Assembly: GCA_021772755.1 (NCBI GenBank)
Contig: JAJFLJ010000092.1
Location: 1-54,826, forward strand
DNA length: 54,826 bases
Reading direction: 5' to 3'
Origin: Candidatus Sumerlaeota bacterium
GTDB lineage: Bacteria; Sumerlaeota; Sumerlaeia; SLMS01; JAHLLQ01
Positions 33,563 through 40,979 of the stretch are shown one piece after another. How positions within the stretch are numbered: position 1 is the first letter of the stretch; every line of letters starts with the position of its first letter. A program made the position numbers and the translations under genes. The notes beneath the pieces are model-generated. The model did not search any database and was not told the DNA's origin. It worked only from the letters and a program-made list of their open reading frames with translations.

Positions 33563-35398
33563 CTATTCCCCCCCGCCGCCGCCGACGCGCTCGCTCATGT
33601 ACTGGTCGAGATCGACGTCGGGGGGAATCTGGATCCGGACGGGGTCGGGCTTTCGGACGCGCGGTCCGAATTCCTGGCGTACGAGCTTGCGCGCGGAGAA
33701 CTGTCCCTTCGACCGGGCGTCCTGCGCCGTGGCCGGCTTGTCCGAGTGGTCGGGCGTGTTCCGGGCGATGTGGATCGTCTGGGTCGGGAAGGCGAATTCG
33801 ATGCCGAGTTCCCTGGCGAGACGCAGAATGTCGAGGAAGAGACGGTGGCGCTCGCGGAGTTCGGTGCCCCAGTCGGGAGCCTCGAAGAAGACGTACAGGA
33901 GGATGTTGAGCGACGCGGCGCCGAACTCGTTGGCGTAGATGTGGTAGTAGTCCTTGCGCGTGTAGGGGTGAAGGCGAACGAGCTCGCAGAGACCCTCGCA
34001 GAAGGCCTCGATCTTCTCGGGCGGGGTGTCGTAGGTCACGCAGAGGGTGGTCTTCCACCGGCGGTAGCGGCGCGCGCCGTAGTTGTCGACGTACGCCGTG
34101 ATGAGCATGGAGTTGGGAACGGTGATGAGCGAGTTGTAGAAGGTGCGGACGCGGGTGCTGCGAAGGCCGACGGTTTCGACCGTGCCGTCGACGCCGTTCT
34201 CGATGGTGATCCAGTCGCCGACGGAGAACGGACGGTCGATGAGGATCGTGAGGGATCCGAAGATGTTGGAGACGGTGTCCTTCGCGGCGAGGGCGAAGGC
34301 GAGACCACCGAGACCGAGGCCCGCCAGCAGGCCGCTGATGTTCACGCCGACGTTGGAGGCGACGAAGACGATTCCGAAGGCGACGACGAATATCTTGGCG
34401 ACGCGGCCAAGAAAGGGGACGATCAGGTCGTCCATCTTCGATTCGGTACCGGCCGCCTTTTCGAGAAAGACGCGTTCGCCGGTATCGACGCCCTTGTAGG
34501 CGGCCCAGACGAAGCTGACGGCGGCGAGGAACTTCACCGCCACGAGGACGATCGCGGCGATTCCCGCGGGGAGAAGCAGCAGGCCGAGACCGGCCGCCCA
34601 GACGCCGGCCATGGCAAGCAGGCCCAGGGGGCGGAGAGCGGCCTTCCGGTCCTCTTTGGAGATGTTGAGCGCGAGCCTGCGCTCGAAGACCCCGGAAAGC
34701 AGCGTGAGGAGGAAGACGAACAGGCGGTCGGCCGCCACGCCGATGGCGATCAGGATCAGGAGGCCAAGCCACTGCCAGGATTCGAGAAGAATGGAATCGC
34801 GCCGGAGTTGTTCGGGAACGCGGGAGCGAACCCACTGGCCCGGTGTCATGGCGACGGTCGCGCCGACTCCCTCGACGACGGCCCGGTCCTCGACCAGGTC
34901 CCAGAGCCTGTCGAGGGACTCGATGGTGTCGGTGCTGAATTTCCATTCGCCGCGTTCGTTCCGGACAAGCTCGATGACGCCGACGCCGGGAAAGCGCTCG
35001 AGCACGTAGCGGTCGGACTTCCCCACCTGGCGGTCGACCTCCTCGATATCGACGTACTCGACGCGGTCGATGACGCTCTTGAGGGTCTTCGCCGCGTCGA
35101 TGCGCTGGTGCTCGCCGAGGAGCGAGAGCGTGCCGGAGAAGTCCATCGTCGCCAGCGCGCCGGACTCGATGGAGGGGGGGCGGCCGGTCTCGTCGTCGCC
35201 GAACGAGTCGAAGAAGGTCTCGAAGGTGGTTCCGGGCGTCGCAAGCCTCGGGTCCGCATCCGACCTGGCGGTTTCCCGCGTGTCGGAGTCTTCGGAGCCG
35301 GAAGCCGCACCCAGGCCGGCGGGAATCTGGGCGCCGGCAGGTCCGAAAGCCAGGAGCGAAAGCAGAAGAAGGAACAGAAACCGGAAGCGGGAGGTCAT
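33563..35398 (-). CDS. Mechanosensitive ion channel (MscS family) with a large N-terminal periplasmic domain
   Basis: In-frame ATG at 35398. Signal peptide MTSRFRFLFLLLLSLLAFGPAGAQ. MscS core FGSLTILIDRPFSVGDWITIENGVDGTVETVGLRSTRVRTF. Confidence 0.85.
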   Translation of the reverse strand: MTSRFRFLFLLLLSLLAFGPAGAQIPAGLGAASGSEDSDTRETARSDADPRLATPGTTFETFFDSFGDDETGRPPSIESGALATMDFSGTLSLLGEHQRIDAAKTLKSVIDRVEYVDIEEVDRQVGKSDRYVLERFPGVGVIELVRNERGEWKFSTDTIESLDRLWDLVEDRAVVEGVGATVAMTPGQWVRSRVPEQLRRDSILLESWQWLGLLILIAIGVAADRLFVFLLTLLSGVFERRLALNISKEDRKAALRPLGLLAMAGVWAAGLGLLLLPAGIAAIVLVAVKFLAAVSFVWAAYKGVDTGERVFLEKAAGTESKMDDLIVPFLGRVAKIFVVAFGIVFVASNVGVNISGLLAGLGLGGLAFALAAKDTVSNIFGSLTILIDRPFSVGDWITIENGVDGTVETVGLRSTRVRTFYNSLITVPNSMLITAYVDNYGARRYRRWKTTLCVTYDTPPEKIEAFCEGLCELVRLHPYTRKDYYHIYANEFGAASLNILLYVFFEAPDWGTELRERHRLFLDILRLARELGIEFAFPTQTIHIARNTPDHSDKPATAQDARSKGQFSARKLVRQEFGPRVRKPDPVRIQIPPDVDLDQYMSERVGGGGGE

Positions 35399-35589
35399 GA
35401 TGCGGGGAAGCCTGGAGAGATGATGCGTCGCGGGGCGACGCCCGGACCCCATCGACCTGCCGCCGCGAGGGGCAACCGGGGATTCCCGGTCCCGGTGCGG
35501 ACGGAGGGATTTCGCGACCGGAATCCTGTTGCGGGGCAATGCGCGTCGCCGCCACCGTTCTCGTCAACGAGACTCGAAAGACGAGGTAA

Positions 35590-36387
35590 ATGGTTCGTCA
35601 TACTCGCGACCTCAAGGTCCTTCTGGCTGCGGACTCTCTCCAGGAATCGGAGACGATCCGAAGTACCCTGAAGAATCACGTTCCCCGGGGCACGAAAGTC
35701 GAGATTCTGGCGTCCGTGGCGGCGGTGCGCGAGCGGCTGGCGTCCGACACGGGGTGGTACGACGCGGCGCTCGTCGCCTGGGATCTGGACGACGGACAGG
35801 GCTATCAGCTGTTTCCGCCGCTGCGGGCCGCGTGCAAGAACAACGGTCGCACGGCTCCGTCGCTGTTTCTGGTGACGGGGCACGGACAGGGTTCCCCCGA
35901 AGAAGTGACTGGCGTTCTGCGCCAGCACCCCGACGTCGTTCTGATCGAGAAGCCGTACTTCGTCGAGGATGTCTGCTCGACGGTGGTGGAGGCGATTCTG
36001 CCGCGTTCGCTCGACAGCGACGGGTACTACGGTCTGCGGCTGGTGGATCTGATCCAGGCGTACACGCTCCCCCGGCGGAGCGCGACGCTGCGCATCTTCA
36101 CGCCGGACGGGCGCATCGGGGTCGTTGCGCTTCGCGAGGGCCATCTCGTGCACGCCACCATCGGCGCGGAGCAGGGGCTGGAGGCGCTGGGCGAGCTGAT
36201 GGCCACGCGGCGGGGCCGCATCCGTCTGGACCGCGGCTGCACGACGGCGCTGCGAACGATCAAGATTCCCACGGAGCAGGCACTGATCCATATCGCGCGC
36301 TACATCGACGAGGTGGAGCGGGACTCGCTGATCGAGGACACCCCGCCGGATATCGAGGGAGAGAACGGCCGGAAAACGGGCTACTGA
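35590..36387 (+). CDS. Response-regulator receiver domain fused to a DUF4388 domain
   Basis: The receiver-like N-terminus has KVLLAADS, LVAWDLDDGQG, LVTGHG and IEKP. The C-terminal LRLVDLIQAYTLPRRSATLRIFTPDGRIGVVALREGHLVHATIGAEQGLEALGELM matches the DUF4388 pattern. Confidence 0.7.
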   Translation: MVRHTRDLKVLLAADSLQESETIRSTLKNHVPRGTKVEILASVAAVRERLASDTGWYDAALVAWDLDDGQGYQLFPPLRAACKNNGRTAPSLFLVTGHGQGSPEEVTGVLRQHPDVVLIEKPYFVEDVCSTVVEAILPRSLDSDGYYGLRLVDLIQAYTLPRRSATLRIFTPDGRIGVVALREGHLVHATIGAEQGLEALGELMATRRGRIRLDRGCTTALRTIKIPTEQALIHIARYIDEVERDSLIEDTPPDIEGENGRKTGY

Positions 36388-36394
36388 ACCAGCG

Positions 36395-37528
36395 CTAGGC
36401 GCCGGGCGCGCCATCCTTCGATATGCGCACTTCCAGGGGAGAGAGCGTGTCGAGATGGACGTCGCGCTGCGGGAAGGCGATGACGATGCCGTTCTCGCGG
36501 CAGAGTTCGTCGATGCGGAAGCGGATATCGCTCTTGATGCGGCGCTGTTCGAGAAACGATTCGACGGTGACCCAGAAGAACACGAGGAACGCGAGGGAGT
36601 TGTCGCCGAACTCCTCGAAGAGGACGTCGGGCGTGGGCGAGGCATCGACGCGCGGGTGTTCCTCCACGGCCTGGCGGAGCAGCTTCTCGAAGAGGCGCGT
36701 GTCGGAGCCGTAGGCGATGCCGACGGAGACCTCGGTGCGCACCTGGCGGTCGGTCAGGGTCCAGTTGATGATGCGGCTTTCGAGAAGCTGGCGGTTGGGG
36801 ACGAGAAGATCGACGTTGCCCGGCATGGCGAGCCGCGTGCTGCGGGGTCCGATTTCCTCGACGCGGCCGTAGTCGCCCTCGAGATCGATGAGGTCGCCCT
36901 CGCGAATGGGCTTTTCGGTCATCAGGATAATGCCGCTGATGAAGTTGGCGAGGAGTTCCTGGCCGCCGAAACCGGCGGCGATGGCGATGGCGCCGCCGAG
37001 AAAGGCGAAGATCGTGAGGGGGATGCCGGCGAACTGGAGGGCCCAGAGGGCGAAGACCGAAGCCAGGATGGCGTGGACGATCTTCTCGAGGAAGAGCGAG
37101 TAGCTGCGCTGGACGCGGAAGCGCGTGAAGAGGCGCTTGCGGACGGCGGTGGACATGCGCTTCGCGACCCAAAGCCCGATCAGAAGAAGCAGAACCGCGA
37201 CGATGATCTTGAGCAGCGTGAGGTCGGTACCCTGAACGCTGAAGAAAGGGGTGTTCAGGATCCTGTCCGCGATTCGGCCGATCGCGGAGCCGGCGGCGAC
37301 CTGGTGGATTTCTTCCTCCAAGCCGGCCAGCGCCTCTCCCACGGGGTAGGTCGCGGTTCCGGACTCGGTTTCCTCCGCACGGGCTTCGACCGCATCCGAC
37401 TCGGCCGCACCGACCGCCACGTCCAGCGCCGGGCTCTCCTGTGCGGCGCCGACTCCCGTGAGCAGGACAAGGGCCGCAAAAGCGAACCCGCGGAGCAGCG
37501 CGGCGAGGATCGTTCGGGGTGTTCTCAT
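36395..37528 (-). CDS. Mechanosensitive ion channel (MscS family)
   Basis: In-frame ATG at 37528. Signal/TM MRTPRTILAALLRGFAFAALVLLTGVGAAQ. Core LANFISGIILMTEKPIREGDLIDLEGDYGRVEEIGPRSTRL. Confidence 0.85.
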   Translation of the reverse strand: MRTPRTILAALLRGFAFAALVLLTGVGAAQESPALDVAVGAAESDAVEARAEETESGTATYPVGEALAGLEEEIHQVAAGSAIGRIADRILNTPFFSVQGTDLTLLKIIVAVLLLLIGLWVAKRMSTAVRKRLFTRFRVQRSYSLFLEKIVHAILASVFALWALQFAGIPLTIFAFLGGAIAIAAGFGGQELLANFISGIILMTEKPIREGDLIDLEGDYGRVEEIGPRSTRLAMPGNVDLLVPNRQLLESRIINWTLTDRQVRTEVSVGIAYGSDTRLFEKLLRQAVEEHPRVDASPTPDVLFEEFGDNSLAFLVFFWVTVESFLEQRRIKSDIRFRIDELCRENGIVIAFPQRDVHLDTLSPLEVRISKDGAPGA

Positions 37529-37571
37529 CTTGAGGCGACGATGCCTTCCGGGAACGCCCCCGTCGCAAGGG

Positions 37572-37614
37572 CAATCGCCCGATTGACACATTTCCGCGTG
37601 TCCCCCATCAATCG
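37572..37614. promoter_or_regulatory. CAATCG-CC-CGATTG palindrome plus a third CAATCG copy in the MscS / sigma-54-activator divergent intergenic region
   Basis: Read directly: gCAATCGccCGATTGacac (37572-37585) and ccatCAATCGggc (37609-37614). A TTGACA hexamer overlaps the palindrome. Confidence 0.25.
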
Positions 37615-37647
37615 GGCTATCAGAATTCGTGGCAGGAGAACCGGTAC

Positions 37648-39072
37648 ATGGCCGAGGCAGCGCGAAGTACCGCCCCGCTGGATCTGAACATTCTCGTTCT
37701 GGACGATCAGCCGCTGGTCGTCGAGATGCTGAAGTTCGTTCTGGAACGGGAGGGGGGAACCGTCGTGGAGGCGACTTCCATCGCGCAGGCGGAGGCTGCC
37801 CTGGGCACGTTCACGCCGGACGTGTCGATCGTCGATGTCTATCTGGGCGAGGAGAGCGGGCTCGATTTCGCCCTTCGGCTGCGGGAGCGCGCACCCGACT
37901 CCGGCATCATCGTGATTTCCGCGGAGGACACCGAGGCGCTGGCGAAGAAGGCGCTGAAGTCGGGTGCGGACAATTTCCTGTCGAAGCCCATCGTTCCGGA
38001 CGCGTTGATCCTGGCGGTCTCGCGGCTGCGCGATTCCGTCCGCGAACGGCGGCGCGCGGAGGACCTGGAACTGGAGCTGAAGCATACGCTCCAGGACAGC
38101 CTGTTTCCGGAAATCGTCACGAACAGCGACTCGATGCAGGCGGTGCTGCGCCTGGTGGAGAAGGTCGGCCCGCGCGACCTCTCGGTCCTGGTGTGCGGCG
38201 AAAGCGGAACCGGCAAGGAGCTCTTCGCGCGCGCCATCCACCAGCAGAGCAAGCGCGCGAAGGGGCCGTTCGTGGAACTGAACTGCGCCGCGCTGCCGCC
38301 GAACCTGGTGGAGAGCGAACTGTTCGGACACGAGAAGGGGGCGTTCACGGGCGCGATCGCCTCGCGGCCGGGAAGGATTCGCCAGGCAGGCGGCGGCACG
38401 CTGTTCCTGGACGAGATCGGAGAGCTTCCGCTGGAGATCCAGCCCAAGCTGCTGCGCGCGCTGCAGGAGCGGAGAATCGTTGCGGTGGGCGGCAAGGAAT
38501 CGGTGCCCTGCGACTTTCGGCTCATCAGCGCGACGAACCGCGATCTCGTCGAGGAAGTGAGGGCGGGGCGGTTTCGCGAGGACCTCTTCTACCGCATCGC
38601 GGTCTTCCCCATCAAGCTGCCGACGCTCCGCGAGCGCGCGGGGGACCTGCGAATGCTGCTCGACCACTTTCTCCGCCAGGAGGGTACGGGCCACCCGCGT
38701 ATCTCGGACGACGCGCTTCCGATGTTGCTGGAGTACCAGTGGCCCGGAAACGTGCGGGAGCTGAAGAACTTCGCGCAGGCCATTACGCTCTACGCGGAAG
38801 GCGAGGAGATCGGGCGCCACCATGTGGAGGAGTACTTCGGATCGCGGCTGGGCAGTCACCCTTCGGCGTTGGGCGGCGGCGTGGCGGCGACAGGCGGTGC
38901 GGAGAGAAAAGTGAGGCGGCTCGCCGACGTCGAGCGCGAGGAGATCGTCCATGCCCTCGGTCACTTCGCCGGAAACGTCGCGGAAGCGGCGCGGGCTCTC
39001 GGGATGGGCCGTGCGACTCTCTACAAGTACATCAAGCGCAACGACATCGACCCGATGAACCCGGCCCCGTAG
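37648..39072 (+). CDS. Sigma-54-dependent response regulator (NtrC family)
   Basis: Receiver (ILVLDDQ, SIVDVYLG, FLSKP). AAA+ domain (VCGESGTGKE, ESELFGHEKGAFTGA, LFLDEIGEL, RFREDLFYR, QWPGNVREL). Fis-type HTH (GNVAEAARALGMGRATLYKYIKR). Confidence 0.9.
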   Translation: MAEAARSTAPLDLNILVLDDQPLVVEMLKFVLEREGGTVVEATSIAQAEAALGTFTPDVSIVDVYLGEESGLDFALRLRERAPDSGIIVISAEDTEALAKKALKSGADNFLSKPIVPDALILAVSRLRDSVRERRRAEDLELELKHTLQDSLFPEIVTNSDSMQAVLRLVEKVGPRDLSVLVCGESGTGKELFARAIHQQSKRAKGPFVELNCAALPPNLVESELFGHEKGAFTGAIASRPGRIRQAGGGTLFLDEIGELPLEIQPKLLRALQERRIVAVGGKESVPCDFRLISATNRDLVEEVRAGRFREDLFYRIAVFPIKLPTLRERAGDLRMLLDHFLRQEGTGHPRISDDALPMLLEYQWPGNVRELKNFAQAITLYAEGEEIGRHHVEEYFGSRLGSHPSALGGGVAATGGAERKVRRLADVEREEIVHALGHFAGNVAEAARALGMGRATLYKYIKRNDIDPMNPAP

Positions 39073-39085
39073 GGCGGGACCGCCG

Positions 39086-39646
39086 TCAGGTACGAACGAC
39101 GAGGGGGCCTGAGAGCCGGAGCGTGGTGCCGACTCCCGGTTCGTGGGTGAAGAGCACTTCGCGCCAGCAGCGGCAGAGCGCCAGCAGGCCAAGCCCGCGA
39201 GGCTGGGCCCTGGCGATCAGAAGCTCTCTGTCGAGAGGCACGCCGTTTCCGTTCGCGGGGGCGGATGCTTCGATACGCACGGACGCGGCGTCCCGAACGG
39301 TCGCCATCAGTCGGCAGTCGAGCACGTCCATATAGTGAACGGTCTTTCCTATGGCTTCGCGGGGATAGGGCGGAAGATCGCCGTTCACGCCAAAGCCGGC
39401 GCCGGAGTCGGTGATTTCCAGAGCGCCGATGCCACCGGTCGCGCCGGGTTTCGGGGAGTGGAAGAACGCAAGCCGTACGGTTCCGATGCGGTTCGCCGCA
39501 GGCCGCCGCGCCAACGCGTTCCGGCACGCTTCGGCGACGGAGAGACGAAGGAACGTGGTCGTATCGTCGGTCTGCCCGGAGGGTCCCGCGATGTGGATTT
39601 CGCAGAGGTCCTCGATGATGGCCATGGAGTCCGGCACGGCCGGCAC
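39086..39646 (-). CDS. RsbW/SpoIIAB-like anti-sigma-factor serine kinase (HATPase_c)
   Basis: N-box-like VAEACRNAL, G1 box ITDSGAGFG and G2 box RGLGLLAL. The start is uncertain. The family-typical N-terminus (SLTVPAVPDSMAIIEDL) lies upstream of the only ATG (39625). GTG at 39646 or 39637, or the CTG overlapping the STAS stop, are therefore candidates. Confidence 0.6.
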   Translation of the reverse strand: MPAVPDSMAIIEDLCEIHIAGPSGQTDDTTTFLRLSVAEACRNALARRPAANRIGTVRLAFFHSPKPGATGGIGALEITDSGAGFGVNGDLPPYPREAIGKTVHYMDVLDCRLMATVRDAASVRIEASAPANGNGVPLDRELLIARAQPRGLGLLALCRCWREVLFTHEPGVGTTLRLSGPLVVRT

Positions 39647-39672
39647 GGTAAGCGAATAGAAGGGCGGGTTCT

Positions 39673-39996
39673 TCAGTCCCCGCAGGAGCGAAGGGCTTCC
39701 TCCGCCGTTTCGTAGAGGGGAAACAGGCGGTCGAGCCGCATCAGATCGAACGTCGAACGAAGAGGCTGCTTCATGGCGCATAACCGAACGTCCCCACCCG
39801 ATGCCGTGGCCCTCTTGAGAAGGATGATCATGAATCCGAGGAAGGAACTGTCGACGAACTCGACATTCTGAAAGTCGAGGACGGCGCGTGCCTTCCCGCC
39901 CGAAACGAAGTCCAGCAGTTCCTGCCGAACCTCCTGGTTCTCGTCGAGCTTGATGCGCGGACCAGGAAGGAGAAACACTCTCGGATCTGAAGTCAT
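39673..39996 (-). CDS. STAS-domain anti-sigma-factor antagonist
   Basis: In-frame ATG at 39996. KARAVLDFQNVEFVDSSFLGFMIILLKRATASGGDVRLCAM carries the conserved phosphorylatable Ser in the DSS motif. Confidence 0.75.
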   Translation of the reverse strand: MTSDPRVFLLPGPRIKLDENQEVRQELLDFVSGGKARAVLDFQNVEFVDSSFLGFMIILLKRATASGGDVRLCAMKQPLRSTFDLMRLDRLFPLYETAEEALRSCGD

Positions 39997-40140
39997 GACA
40001 ACGAAGCCTTGGCGCCGGGTTCCGAATTTGGTACCCGGGGGCGTTTCGCATGAAAGTATCGGACCAACGGGCGAAACTCTTTTTGTCTGCGCCCGGAGGA
40101 TTGATTCCCTTGATGATAGCGGAACGCGGGGGGAAATCAA

Positions 40141-40171
40141 GGGGGTTTTCGCGTCTCGACCGGAAACCCCC
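40141..40171 (-). terminator. Possible intrinsic terminator after the HtrA / pseudo-HtrA pair
   Basis: On the minus strand, the GGGGGTTT...AAACCCCC 8-bp stem with a 15-nt loop is followed by TTGATTTCC. The loop is large, so confidence is modest. Confidence 0.35.
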
Positions 40172-40199
40172 GTTATCATTCTGAGAATCGCCCGGCGCG

Positions 40200-40979
40200 T
40201 CAGTCCTCCCCGTCGGCGGGAATCTGGGCGGCGGCGGCGCGAATGTCTGCGGCTGGAATGACGACTGGGATGACGCGTTCCTCGCTGTAGTCGTCCGCCG
40301 AGTAGCTCGGCTGCGAATGCAGCAGAACGACGCCGAAGAGGGCCCCCTCGTCGGAGAAGACGGGAACGCCGGTGCCTGCTGACACGAGCTCGGCGCTCGG
40401 GATGTAGAAGGGGCGGGGCTTGCTGACGATGCCCTGGACCTCGCCGCTCATGAGGGTGGGCGTGCGGCGCGCGATGCGGCCCATCCGTGCGACGGTGAAG
40501 GCGCCGGAGAGCAGCTGCGGCTCGGCGTCGTTCTCGAGATCGATGAAGGTGAACGGCGTCTCCGTCACCGTTTCCGGAACCAGGAAGGCCATATCCAGGT
40601 CGGAGTCGCGAAGCACGATGCGGGCGGCGATCTCGGTGTTGTCGGCCATGATGTACTTCATGGACTTGATGTTGGCGGAGAAGTCGAGCTCCTGGCCGGG
40701 CCGGCTCATGTTCTCGTAGAGCTTGGTGGGATCGACGGAGGAAAGGGCGGTGACGACCTCGCCCTTCGCGCCGATGACGATTCCCAGGGCTTCGAGCTTC
40801 TGTTCATGGGTCTGCTCGCGACCGCCATAGTTCATCTTCATTTCGCTGACGATCTCGATCGCGATGACGGCGTCTCCCACGCTCGCGAGGGTCTCTCTCG
40901 CCACTTCGCCGCGTTCGGCGGCTGCGGGGCGAATCGCCAGGGAGGGCAGAACAGCCAGTGCAATGAGGTACCGTTTCAA
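40200..40979 (-). CDS. HtrA-like trypsin-fold protein lacking the catalytic His and Ser (predicted pseudo-protease)
   Basis: The TTG start overlaps the HtrA stop (TTGA at 40976-40979). Signal-like LKRYLIALAVLPSLAIRPAAA. ALGIVIGAKGEVVTALSSV aligns with HtrA GSGAIITPEGHIVTNHHV. RDSDLDMAFLV aligns with DPATDIAVIQL. AGTGVPVFSDEGALFGVV aligns with PGNSGGPLVNMRGEIVGV. Confidence 0.65.
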   Translation of the reverse strand: MKRYLIALAVLPSLAIRPAAAERGEVARETLASVGDAVIAIEIVSEMKMNYGGREQTHEQKLEALGIVIGAKGEVVTALSSVDPTKLYENMSRPGQELDFSANIKSMKYIMADNTEIAARIVLRDSDLDMAFLVPETVTETPFTFIDLENDAEPQLLSGAFTVARMGRIARRTPTLMSGEVQGIVSKPRPFYIPSAELVSAGTGVPVFSDEGALFGVVLLHSQPSYSADDYSEERVIPVVIPAADIRAAAAQIPADGED

